Positions 28,050 to 37,098 are shown, numbered from the stretch's first letter. The stretch is DNA of 56,882 bases from Methanobacteriota archaeon (GCA_005878915.1 VBML01000026.1:1-56882); one strand, 5' to 3'. Program-made: numbers and translations. The notes: generated from the letters alone by a model not told the origin.

Positions 28050-28699
28050 TCAGGGCGGCATCGGGGGCCGCGTCCCCACGGGGGCGTAGTCCGGTGATGG
28101 GGCGTACAAGATTGGGATCGGAGCGCCTACGAGAGCGATTCCCCCGATGATAAACGCGGGCATCGCAAGAATGCCACCGACGAGCCCGAGGAGGATCGAA
28201 CAGATGAAGCCACCCGCGATGATGAAGAGCACGCCGGCGGCGAGCGACATCCCTGGCTGGACGAAGTGGCGGTTCACAATGTACGCTACGCCGTCTAGGA
28301 TGAACATGACGCCGATTAGAACGAGCCCGATGGCCCCAAGGATAAAGATGGTGAAGCTGAACCCTCCGAAGCCGCCGAACGCACCGAGGAGCAGGAACGC
28401 TAGGAGGCTAAGGAAGGCGACGATGGCGATGAGCCCGAAGATGAAGGCCGCGAGCCCGATCGCGGAACCGTAGTTCTTCCAGAAGCCCAGAATGCCAATG
28501 GGATGGCAGCCCCGGCCGCGAGGAAGGAACCCACCGCCCCGATCAGGAACAGCGAGCGGCTCGGAGCGCCGCGGGGGCGGGGCTGTGGCGGGGGCGCCGG
28601 CATCCCCCATCCTGGGACCATCGGAGCGGGCTGCACCCCGTATGGCGGATAAGGCATCCCCCCCGTGGGTTGCATCCCATCGGAGTAAAAGACGTCCAT
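28050..28699 (-). CDS. Pro-rich N-terminus / multi-pass membrane protein, apparently frameshifted as assembled
   Basis: Two overlapping ORFs in different frames (28400..28699 and 28050..28610). The first has a plausible start (MDVFYSDGMQPTGGMPYPPYG...) and a first TM helix. The second carries the remaining TM helices. The frames cross near 28479-28494. Confidence 0.5.
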
Positions 28700-28766
28700 A
28701 CTTAATCCTTCGGAATCGAGCCGGTGATTGCCGAACCCGGGGATATCCGAGGGATCCCCGCCCTCC

Positions 28767-29741
28767 TTAGAACGCCATCGCCTTGTCGATCCCCGCGAGG
28801 ACGCGGTCCGGGTTCGGCATGTACACGTCCTCCAACGTGTATGGGAACGGCGTGTCGAAACCCGTCACCCGAACGATCGGTCCCCGGAGGTACTCGATCG
28901 CCTTCTCCGCGAGGATCGCGCTAATCTCCGCACCGAACCCTCCAGTGCGGGGAGCCTCGTAGACGATCACCGCTCGTCCCGTCTTCTTCACGGATTCGAG
29001 GATCGCGGGCGTGTCCAAGGGCACGAGGGTCCGTAGATCGACGACCTCGGCCTCAACGTTTTTTTCCTTCGCGGCGCGCTCCGCCGCGTCGAGGGAGACG
29101 TTCGTCATGTACCCCCAGGAGAAGATCGAGACATCCTTCCCAGTCCGCCGGACCTTCGCCTGCCCGAGGGGGACCGTGAACTCGCCCTCCGGCACCTCCT
29201 CGCGGAACGCGCGGTAGAGTTTCTTCGGCTCCAGGAAAATCACGGGGTCGGGGTCGCGGATGGAGCTCAACAGCAAGCCCTTCGTGTCGTACGGCGTCGA
29301 GGGCACGACGACCTTCAAGCCCGGCGTGTGGCAGAAGTACGCCTCCGAGGACTGCGAGTGATAGTGCCCCCCCTTGATGCCGCCGCCGAACGGCGTGCGG
29401 ATCGTCATCGGCACGCTGTACTGTCCGCCGGAGCGGTACCGCATCTTCGCGGCTTCGCTCACGATCTGGTCAAACCCCGTGTAGATGAAGTCCAGGAACT
29501 GGATTTCCGGCACCGGCCGCAAGCCATACAGGGCCATCCCTATTGCGGAACCAATGATCCCGCCCTCGCTGAGGGGCGTGTCGAAGACACGCTCGGGGAA
29601 CTCATCGATCAGCCCCTCCGTGCACCGGAACTCGCCCCCGTTGCGGCCGATGTCCTCCCCGAGAAGGACGACGCGGTCGTCCCGCCGCATCTCCTCGCGG
29701 AGCGCGTTGTTCACGGCCTGCACGATCGTCATCGCGGGCAT
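28767..29741 (-). CDS. 2-oxoacid dehydrogenase E1 component beta subunit
   Basis: 324 aa: VVLLGEDIG..GG.F..T.GL...FPERVFDTPLSEGGI.G.AIGMA..G.RPV.EIQF. The start codon directly abuts the TPR gene stop (TGAATG). Confidence 0.92.
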   Translation of the reverse strand: MPAMTIVQAVNNALREEMRRDDRVVLLGEDIGRNGGEFRCTEGLIDEFPERVFDTPLSEGGIIGSAIGMALYGLRPVPEIQFLDFIYTGFDQIVSEAAKMRYRSGGQYSVPMTIRTPFGGGIKGGHYHSQSSEAYFCHTPGLKVVVPSTPYDTKGLLLSSIRDPDPVIFLEPKKLYRAFREEVPEGEFTVPLGQAKVRRTGKDVSIFSWGYMTNVSLDAAERAAKEKNVEAEVVDLRTLVPLDTPAILESVKKTGRAVIVYEAPRTGGFGAEISAILAEKAIEYLRGPIVRVTGFDTPFPYTLEDVYMPNPDRVLAGIDKAMAF

Positions 29742-30260
29742 TCACGTCTTGCTCCTCATCCATTCCGCGTACGGGTCGTCGCTCCCCTTGTCTCCTTCTA
29801 CGATCCGCGTGAACCTCGGGTCCTCGAGCACAGACGCGAACTCGGGCTGGGATTTAGCCTCTTCGCGATACTCCGGCTGGGCCGCGCACGCACGTTCGAG
29901 ATCCTCGAGGGCCTCGTCGAGGCCTCCTCGGCGGGCGGCGATGCACGCCAGTCGGTACCATGCGCTCCCGCGCTTCGGGTCCAGCCCGACCGTCCGGCGG
30001 TACGCCTCCTCCGCGGCCTCCAGGTCGCCGAGGTTCCCCAGGTCGAGGGCGAGGGTCATCCACGCCTGCGGGTTCTGCGGGTGGAGTTCGACGGCGCGGC
30101 GGTCGAACGCGACCGCGCGGTCGTACCGCCCCTGGAGGGAGTGGCACTGGGACGCGAGGATGAGGGCGTCCGTGTTCCCCGGGTCCCGCGCGAGGATCTG
30201 GTTCGCGATGACGAGGGCCCCGGTGTAGTTTCCATCGCGGAAGGACTCGTGGGCCTTCAT
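29742..30260 (-). CDS. TPR-repeat protein embedded in the dehydrogenase operon
   Basis: 172 aa with about 4 TPR-like units (GNYTGALVIANQILARDPGNTDALILASQCH.., AWMTLALDLGNLGDLEAAEEAYRRTVGLDP.., AWYRLACIAARRG..). It sits between E1 alpha and E1 beta with no spacers. Confidence 0.8.
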   Translation of the reverse strand: MKAHESFRDGNYTGALVIANQILARDPGNTDALILASQCHSLQGRYDRAVAFDRRAVELHPQNPQAWMTLALDLGNLGDLEAAEEAYRRTVGLDPKRGSAWYRLACIAARRGGLDEALEDLERACAAQPEYREEAKSQPEFASVLEDPRFTRIVEGDKGSDDPYAEWMRSKT

Positions 30261-31293
30261 CAGAGAGCGGTCCGAGGGCGGGGGGCCAGAGGGGGACTTG
30301 GGTGCGGACTTCTTCGTCCGCCTCCCGGATGGCCTCGGTGATCTCGTCTCCGATTGACTTCTCCAGGTCCGCCTGGAACTCCTCCGTCCAGATTCCGAAG
30401 TGCGCGAGGTATCGCTGGTAGACCGTTAGGGGATCGCGCTGCCGCCACGCCTCGACCTCCTTCTCGTCTCGATACCGGGAGGGATCGTCGGACGAGGAGT
30501 GCGGGCCAAGCCGGTACGTGACGCACTCGATGAGCGTGGGCCCACCGCCGCCGCGCGCCTTTCGAACGGCGTCCCGAGCCGCTCGAGCGACCGCGAGTGC
30601 GTCGTTTCCATCCACTCGCACTCCTTCGAAGCCGTACGCGATCGCTTTCTGTGCGATCGTCTCCGAGGCCGTCTGCTTGGCAACCGGGAGGGAGATCGCC
30701 CACTGGTTGTTGTTGCACACGAAGACGGTGGGCACGCGGAACGCACCCGCGAAGTTCATCCCGGTGTGGAAATCCCCCGTCGATGTGCCGCCGTCCCCGA
30801 AGTACACGAGGGTCACGACCTTCTCCCCGCGGATCTTCGCCGCCCATGCGGCACCGACGGCGAGGGGAATCTGCGTCCCGACGCAGCTCGAGATCGACAT
30901 GTAGTTCCCCTGGCGAAAGACGTAGTGACAGGGCATCTGGCGGCCGCGGACCGCGTCCGCCGCGTTCCCCATGAACTGGTTCACGAGCTCAAGGAGGGGC
31001 ATCCCGCGAGCGAGGGCAGCGCCCGGCTCCCGATACTGCGGGAAGATCCAGTCGTCCGCCTCGAGGGCGATCGCGGGCGCGACGATCGTCGCCTCCTGTC
31101 CCACGGAGGGCCCATAGAACCCGATGCGCCCCTGCCGTTGGAGTGCGAGCATCCGCGTGTCCAGGATTCGCTCCATGAGCATCAGGCGATAGAGCCGGAC
31201 TGCATCGGAGGGCGAGAGGTTCGGGTCGACCTCCGGGTTCGTCGATCCGTCGTCGTTGATGACTCGGAGCAGGTCGCCCAAGGGCTGCCTCAT
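30260..31293 (-). CDS. 2-oxoacid dehydrogenase E1 component alpha subunit, copy 2 (3' end uncertain, probable frameshift)
   Basis: RMLALQRQGRIGFY, YREPG, YFGDGGTSTGDFH..NFA and CNNNQWAIS. As assembled, the frame runs on to 29854 through the TPR gene with an Arg/Pro-rich tail. A 1-nt change in the G6 run at 30280-30285 would end it at TGA 30260-30262, overlapping the TPR ATG. Confidence 0.85.
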
Positions 31294-31397
31294 CCCCCTT
31301 GACGGGGCCGCCCACGCGACCGCGGACGACTCCAGCGAAAAGAAATCCGAACTCTGCGTTTAAGCGTTATGCCAACACGCGAACAATCCCGATCGAT

Positions 31398-31454
31398 GAC
31401 CAAAGGTAAGGAGGAAAAGGGAGAAAGGGGAGCGCCGCGCGGTCCCGCGCGGCG
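31398..31454 (-). terminator. Hairpin plus pyrimidine/T-rich tract downstream of the 64-aa gene
   Basis: Perfect 10-bp inverted repeat CGCCGCGCGG-tc-CCGCGCGGCG (31433-31454), 16 nt after the stop. On the transcribed strand it is followed by CTCCCCTTTCTCCCTTTTCCTCCTTACCTTTGG. Confidence 0.45.
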
Positions 31455-31469
31455 GTGGAGGGAATCGAG

Positions 31470-31664
31470 TTACCCCTTCCGCAGGAAGGGCAGGCCCGTG
31501 CGCTTGTTGACGCCGACCTTGCGCCCCTTCGGCATCTCGTACATCTTGTTCCCGCTCTTCGGCTTCCTCTTGCTGAAGAAGTAGATCGTGACTTTCGGTC
31601 CCCGCTTCAGCTTCACGTCGCGCGAATACAGCGTCCATCCCTGATAGGTGTAGGGCTCGGGCAT
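31470..31664 (-). CDS. Small basic protein (64 aa), unknown function
   Basis: MPEPYTYQGWTLYSRDVKLKRGPKVTIYFFSKRKPKSG... It has a TATA-like GGGTTAAATTCC about 40 nt upstream and a perfect hairpin plus pyrimidine tract downstream. Confidence 0.55.
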   Translation of the reverse strand: MPEPYTYQGWTLYSRDVKLKRGPKVTIYFFSKRKPKSGNKMYEMPKGRKVGVNKRTGLPFLRKG

Positions 31665-31761
31665 TTTACTCCCGTGCCCCCGTAGCGCTTCTGGAATTTA
31701 ACCCTTATCGCCTCCTTATCGAAACAGGTTTTCCATGATTCGCGGGTCCGGCAAGGTCTAA

Positions 31762-32676
31762 GTGCCGCACTTGGAATGCCGCGGTGTGCTCGTCCGCGCC
31801 TCCGAGAAACTCGTCGGATACGCGGCGATTCTCTCGGGCGCGTTCCTCTTCGGTATCTGGGCAACGGGAGGAACGTTCGCCCTGCGGAGCGACCCGAATC
31901 TCTCCCCGCTCACCCTCGCGTGGTTCGTGCAGGCGGTGAGCGCGGTGGCGTTCTCCCCGTTTCTCCGGAGAATCCAGCTGCGTGGCCGCCAGTGGGCGTA
32001 CACCGTCGGGGCCGCACTCCTCGGAGCGGTCCTCGCGCCCTCCATGTATTTCACCGGCCTCGGGCTCACGACACCGGTCAACGCCGCCCTGCTGTCGAAC
32101 ACGGAGGCCCTCTTCACCGTCGTGTTCGCGCTCGTTTTCCTGAGGGAACGGCTCTCCTGGCGAGGATATCTCGCCGCGGCGTCGATCCTGGTTGGCGCGG
32201 TTATTGTGACCCTCGACCTGGAGCGGCCCGGCTCGGATGTCGCGTCGACTTTGCTTGGGAACGTCCTGCTCGTCCTCGCCGCGGCCGGTTGGGGAGCCGC
32301 CAACACGGTGAGTCGTGTCGTCACCGACCGCCACGATATCCCATCGTACATCTGCATCCAACTCTCCATAGGGACCTTGATCCTCACCCCGGTCGTCCTC
32401 CTGAGCGGAGCCCGTCTCTCGATCGGCGCGGGGACCATACCGCTCGCTCTCTTTCTCGCCCTCACGAGTTCGGCGCTCTTCACGTATCTCTTCTATTTCG
32501 CAATGAGGCGGATCGGGGCCCTTCAGGTCGGGGCAATCCTGTCGACATCCGCCGCCTTCGGTGTGTCGGTCGCCGTCGCGTTCGGGTTCCCCCTCACGGC
32601 CCTACAGGCCCTCGGCGGCGCCGTGATGGCCCTCGGTGTCGTCGCCCTATATCGCTCCCCTTCGCCCAAGAGTTAA
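31762..32676 (+). CDS. EamA/DMT superfamily transporter
   Basis: About 10 TM helices in two EamA-like halves. The start is uncertain (GTG 31762). Confidence 0.8.
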   Translation: MPHLECRGVLVRASEKLVGYAAILSGAFLFGIWATGGTFALRSDPNLSPLTLAWFVQAVSAVAFSPFLRRIQLRGRQWAYTVGAALLGAVLAPSMYFTGLGLTTPVNAALLSNTEALFTVVFALVFLRERLSWRGYLAAASILVGAVIVTLDLERPGSDVASTLLGNVLLVLAAAGWGAANTVSRVVTDRHDIPSYICIQLSIGTLILTPVVLLSGARLSIGAGTIPLALFLALTSSALFTYLFYFAMRRIGALQVGAILSTSAAFGVSVAVAFGFPLTALQALGGAVMALGVVALYRSPSPKS

Positions 32677-32702
32677 GTAGCGTCCCCAAGGATGGGAGAC
32701 CG

Positions 32703-34304
32703 ATGCCCACGGGGTCGGAGACTCCTTTCGAGGCCCTCGCCGAACTCACCCGGAAGCTCGAATCGACCACGAAGCGCCTCGAAAAGCGGCGGTTGATCGC
32801 CGAGTTCCTCCGCAGCCTTCCGCGGGAGGAAGTGGGGCCCGCGGTCCTGATTGCGATCGGCCGGATTTTCCCGGAGGCGGAGCAGAAGGCACTTAACGTC
32901 GGCTGGGCGACTCTTGAGAAGGCCCTCGAGACGACCCGCCAAGTCCGCCTCGATGCGCGCCCCCTGACGATCCGCGACGTCCGCCGCGCATTCGACGGGA
33001 TTGCCGCAGCGAGCGGTACGGACTCGGTGAGGGCACGCCGCCGCCTCCTCTCAAGCCTCCTGGGTCAGGCGACGGAGGGAGAGCGGGAGGTCCTCCTGAA
33101 GAGCATCTTCGGGGAGATGCGAATCGGCGTGAACGAAGGAGTGATGCTCGAGGGAATCGCGGACGCGGCGGGCGTCGACCCTGACCTGGTCCGATCCGCG
33201 CACATGTTCCTCGGAGATCTGGGGCGGGTCGCGGAGGTCGCGCTCTCGGAAGGAACGTCCGGTCTCGCGGCGTTCGGTGTCCGCCTCCTGTCCCCGGTCA
33301 AGCCGATGATGGCGGAGATGGCCGACGACATCGACGCGGTCCTCGAGGAGCATGGCGGGACGACCGCCGTCGAGTTCAAGTTCGATGGCGCCAGGATCCA
33401 GATTCATCGCAAGGGAGAGGCGGTGCGTGTGTTCAGCCGCCGGCTCACGGATGTGACGGAAAGCGTTCCCGAGGTCGTCGAGATTGCCCGCGGGCTGCCG
33501 GCGGACTCGTTTCTCCTGGAGGGGGAGGTCGTCGCGGTGGACGCGAGCGGCCGTCCACTGCCGTTCCAGGACCTGATGCGGCGCTTCCGGCGGGTGCACG
33601 AGATCGAGGCGCTCCGGAAGGAAATCCCGCTGAACCTGTACCTGTTCGACCTCCTGTACCTTAATGGCCGCTCCCTGATGTCGTCCGCGTACCGGGAGCG
33701 GTGGGCTGCCCTCGAGCGGCTCGTCCCTCCGAAGATCCTGGCGAAGCGCATCATCACGTCCAGTCGATCGGAAATCGAATCCTTCCTGAAGGAAGCCCTC
33801 GAGGCCGGGCACGAGGGGCTGATGGCGAAGCAGCTCGACTCCCCCTACACCGTGGGGAAGCGGGGGAAGCGATGGTTCAAGATCAAGCCCGCCGACACCC
33901 TCGACGCGGGGATCCTCGCTGCGGAGTGGGGCCATGGCAGGCGCCAGGGAACGCTGAGCAACTACTGGCTCGGCGTACGCGATGGTGGACGTTGGCAGAT
34001 GATCGGGAAGACGTTCAAGGGCCTCACGGACCAGGAGAGGCTCGATCTCATGGATCGCCTGATCGCTCTGAAGACACGCGAGGAACCATGGGTGGTCCAC
34101 GTCCGTCCCGAGGTCGTTGTCGAGATTGCGTACAATGAGATCCAGCGGAGCCCACACTACGAATCCGGTTTCGCCCTGCGGTTTGCAAGAGTCGCCCGGA
34201 TCCGCGACGACAAGGGACCAGGGGAGGCGGACACGTACGCTCGCCTCAAGGAGCTGTACGCGAAACAGTTTGAGCGGAAGGGGAAGGCCTACGAGGAGGT
34301 CTGA
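32703..34304 (+). CDS. lig: ATP-dependent DNA ligase
   Basis: Internal ATG 32703 of ORF 31776..34304. Adenylation motif AVEFKFDGARIQIH, plus LEGEVVA, LYLFDLLYLNG, EGLMAK and KRGKRWFKIK (motifs I-VI of ATP-dependent ligases). Confidence 0.93.
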   Translation: MPTGSETPFEALAELTRKLESTTKRLEKRRLIAEFLRSLPREEVGPAVLIAIGRIFPEAEQKALNVGWATLEKALETTRQVRLDARPLTIRDVRRAFDGIAAASGTDSVRARRRLLSSLLGQATEGEREVLLKSIFGEMRIGVNEGVMLEGIADAAGVDPDLVRSAHMFLGDLGRVAEVALSEGTSGLAAFGVRLLSPVKPMMAEMADDIDAVLEEHGGTTAVEFKFDGARIQIHRKGEAVRVFSRRLTDVTESVPEVVEIARGLPADSFLLEGEVVAVDASGRPLPFQDLMRRFRRVHEIEALRKEIPLNLYLFDLLYLNGRSLMSSAYRERWAALERLVPPKILAKRIITSSRSEIESFLKEALEAGHEGLMAKQLDSPYTVGKRGKRWFKIKPADTLDAGILAAEWGHGRRQGTLSNYWLGVRDGGRWQMIGKTFKGLTDQERLDLMDRLIALKTREEPWVVHVRPEVVVEIAYNEIQRSPHYESGFALRFARVARIRDDKGPGEADTYARLKELYAKQFERKGKAYEEV

Positions 34305-34330
34305 GTCCTCCGGGGCGAAGTCGCGAGAGC

Positions 34331-35242
34331 CTACTTCTCTTGCGCGGGAACTCTGCCCGCCGGCGCCGTGATCGCCGAGCTGGAGTACGCGGTGAGGAAG
34401 ATGCCCGCAAGGGCGAGCAGGCCGCCAACCGCGACAACGAGCGAGGGCGTCTCCGCTAGGAGGATCCACGCGAGCAAGGAGGACCCGATCGGTTCGCCGA
34501 CGAGGCTCACAGATACGACGGGAGCGGACACGAACCGTAGGGACCAATTGTAGAGCGTGTGGCCGCCGATCTGGGGGACGACGGCCATCGCGGCGAACAG
34601 GAGGAGCTCGGTCCTAAGGTCCCCCGTCGGGGCGAGCTTGCCCGTCGCCGCGGCAATCGCGAAGAGGGCGACCGCGGCGGTTCCGTATACGACGAACGCG
34701 TACACCGCGAGGGAAACCCGTTGCCGCATGCGCCGGCCCGCAAGGAAGTACACGCCCGCCATGACCCCGCCCATCAAGGCCGCCAGGTCCCCCGCCAACG
34801 TCGTCCCGGAGACACGGAGGTCCGCCACAGCGATGACGACGACTCCGGAGAACCCCAGCGCGATGCCCGCCGCCGTCATCGCGGCGACCCGCTCCTTCAG
34901 GAGGAAATGCGAGACGACGGCGACCATCACCGGGTGCGAGGTCACGAGGACGACGGAACTCGCCACGGTCACACCCGCCGTTTTGAGAGATGTAATCCAG
35001 AACGCGAAGTGGGCGGCAAGGACCACCCCGATCCCTGCCATCAGGAGGACGTCGCGGCGGGGGAGGGTCCGCAACGGGGTCGCCCGGTCGATCGCCGCGA
35101 AGGGAAGGATGATGACGCTTGCGATTGCCAAGCGGTAGAAGGCGATCGTGATTGCGTCGGAGTTCGACCATCGGATGAGGATGGAGGAGAAGGAGACCGC
35201 AACGATCGCCGCGGCGATCGCGGCGTATGGCCCCCTGACCAT
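34331..35242 (-). CDS. EamA/DMT superfamily transporter
   Basis: 303 aa, 10 TM helices, two EamA-like halves (VSFSSILIRW..., HPVMVAVVSHFLLKERV...). Confidence 0.85.
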   Translation of the reverse strand: MVRGPYAAIAAAIVAVSFSSILIRWSNSDAITIAFYRLAIASVIILPFAAIDRATPLRTLPRRDVLLMAGIGVVLAAHFAFWITSLKTAGVTVASSVVLVTSHPVMVAVVSHFLLKERVAAMTAAGIALGFSGVVVIAVADLRVSGTTLAGDLAALMGGVMAGVYFLAGRRMRQRVSLAVYAFVVYGTAAVALFAIAAATGKLAPTGDLRTELLLFAAMAVVPQIGGHTLYNWSLRFVSAPVVSVSLVGEPIGSSLLAWILLAETPSLVVAVGGLLALAGIFLTAYSSSAITAPAGRVPAQEK

Positions 35243-35282
35243 CTCGCCGCGAACCGTCCAGCGCCTTATCTAGATTCGCGGC

Positions 35283-36116
35283 TCATCCCTGGGGTGGCTG
35301 GGGCGGTGACGCCCACTGCGGCGGCTGACCGCCGGGCGGGCCTGCGGAGCGCTTCCGCATCCTCAGGAGGACGGCGACCGCAATGACCGCGATCAACGCG
35401 ACGACGAGGCCGATGATCAGGAGGAACGTTGTGTTCCACTGATAGTGATATCCGGTGAGGACCATTTCCCCCGTCTTCTGGTCCTGCGCGTTGTACGACT
35501 CTTGCTTGGACCAGTATCCGACCTGCTCGGAGTAGTACACCTTCGTGTAGCCGCCGCTGCCAAGGGGGCGAATGGAGAAGGAGTGGAACGTTCCCGCGGG
35601 GACCACGATGTCCGCCTCCCCCTCCACCTGCGCGGAGGCGGAGGTCGAGACCGTCAGGACGTTGCCGCCGCCGACCTTGATGCTGACCTGCAGGGACACC
35701 GTCCACGATTTCAGGGAGGACAGTGGGAAGCTGGCCTGCGCCTGGGGCGGGTCGAACGAGAAGATGGTCGTGATGCCCAGAATGGTTGTGAAGGAGGTCC
35801 TCACGATTCCAAGGTCGGAGTCGCGGACCCAGGAATCCGTCGTCAAGCTTACCGGTCCCGCTGAAGTAGTATGCCGTAGGTGGAACGCATCGTAGGTGTT
35901 GCTGAGGAGGGTCTGGACCGGCTCGCGTGCGACGACATCGATGCGGAGGGTGGTGTTCGGGTTGCTGGAATCCGCGTAGATCCAAAAATCCCCCGCCGAC
36001 CATCGCGGGGCGTTCGCATCCGCCCTCGCCGGCCCCGGGGTCGCGGCGAACGCTACGCCGAGAAGGCCGACGGCGAGGAACACCGCCACGAGTCGGAGGG
36101 CGCGCCGGGAGGGCAT
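35283..36116 (-). CDS. Anchored secreted protein, paralog A (signal peptide, beta-rich ectodomain, TM, Pro-rich tail)
   Basis: Signal peptide (LVAVFLAVGLLGVAFA), W.AGDFWIY, VPAGTF and YYSEQVGYWSKQESY motifs, TM helix (LLIIGLVVALIAVIAVAVLL) and a Pro/Gln-rich tail. Paralog of 37141..38109. Confidence 0.7.
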   Translation of the reverse strand: MPSRRALRLVAVFLAVGLLGVAFAATPGPARADANAPRWSAGDFWIYADSSNPNTTLRIDVVAREPVQTLLSNTYDAFHLRHTTSAGPVSLTTDSWVRDSDLGIVRTSFTTILGITTIFSFDPPQAQASFPLSSLKSWTVSLQVSIKVGGGNVLTVSTSASAQVEGEADIVVPAGTFHSFSIRPLGSGGYTKVYYSEQVGYWSKQESYNAQDQKTGEMVLTGYHYQWNTTFLLIIGLVVALIAVIAVAVLLRMRKRSAGPPGGQPPQWASPPQPPQG

Positions 36117-36225
36117 GGTCTCCCGCGGCGATATCTGGAACCCATCTTAATCGTGACGCGCCCGGTATCAGTTGCCGCAAGCTATATGGAAACGACCCCG
36201 ATTCCCTGTCGATCGGGGGACGCGG

Positions 36226-37098
36226 ATGCAGCTCGAGCAGGTATCGAAGGTCGCAGTGATCGGCGCAGGATCCATGGGGGCGGGCATCGCCCAGGTGTGC
36301 TCCCAGGCGGGCTTTCAGGTTTCGATGCGCGACGTCGAGCCGCGGTTCGTGGAGGCCGGGTTCCGCCGGATCCGGGATCCCCTCGCGAAGCGCGTCGAAA
36401 GGGGCAAGATGACCCAGTCCGAGCTTGACGCCGTCCTCGCAAGGATCAAAGGGACCGTCGACCTCAAGGACGCCGTCCGTGGAGCCCAGGTCGTCATCGA
36501 AGCGATTTTCGAGAAGATGGAGGTCAAGCGGGAGCTCTTCGGCGAGCTCGATGCGGTCGCTCCTCCGGATGTCGTCTTCGCCAGCAACACCTCGTCCCTG
36601 AGCGTCACGGAGATCGCAAGCGCGACGAAGCGAGCGGACCGCGTTGTCGGGATGCACTTCTTCAACCCCGCGCCGGTGATGAAGCTCGTCGAGGTGATCC
36701 GCGGGTCGGAGACGAGCGATGCGACGACCGCGTTCGCGAAGGGCCTTGCGATCCGACTGGGGAAGGAGCCCGTCGAGGTCAAGGAGTCCCCTGGGTTCGT
36801 CGTGAACCGGCTCCTTGTCCCCATGATGAACGAGGCGTTCAACCTCCTCATGGAGGGCGTGGCGACGGCGGGGGACATCGATAAGGCGATGAAGCTCGGG
36901 ACGAACATGCCGATGGGGCCGTTCGAGCTCGCCGACTACACCGGCCTCGACATCGGGCTCGATGTGATGGAGGTCCTCCACCGGGAGACGGGGGACCCCA
37001 AGTTCCGGCCGTCGCCGCTCCTCCGGAAGTACGTCCGGGCGGGGCGACTCGGTCGGAAGAGCGGTCGCGGTGTCTACGACTACGCGGGCACGGCGTGA
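36226..37098 (+). CDS. hbd: 3-hydroxyacyl-CoA (3-hydroxybutyryl-CoA) dehydrogenase
   Basis: KVAVIGAGSMGAGIAQV Rossmann motif, ...SNTSSLS..., HFFNPAPVMKLVEV, and a C-terminal dimerisation-domain pattern. ATG 36226 lies about 40 nt after AGCTATATGG. Confidence 0.9.
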   Translation: MQLEQVSKVAVIGAGSMGAGIAQVCSQAGFQVSMRDVEPRFVEAGFRRIRDPLAKRVERGKMTQSELDAVLARIKGTVDLKDAVRGAQVVIEAIFEKMEVKRELFGELDAVAPPDVVFASNTSSLSVTEIASATKRADRVVGMHFFNPAPVMKLVEVIRGSETSDATTAFAKGLAIRLGKEPVEVKESPGFVVNRLLVPMMNEAFNLLMEGVATAGDIDKAMKLGTNMPMGPFELADYTGLDIGLDVMEVLHRETGDPKFRPSPLLRKYVRAGRLGRKSGRGVYDYAGTA

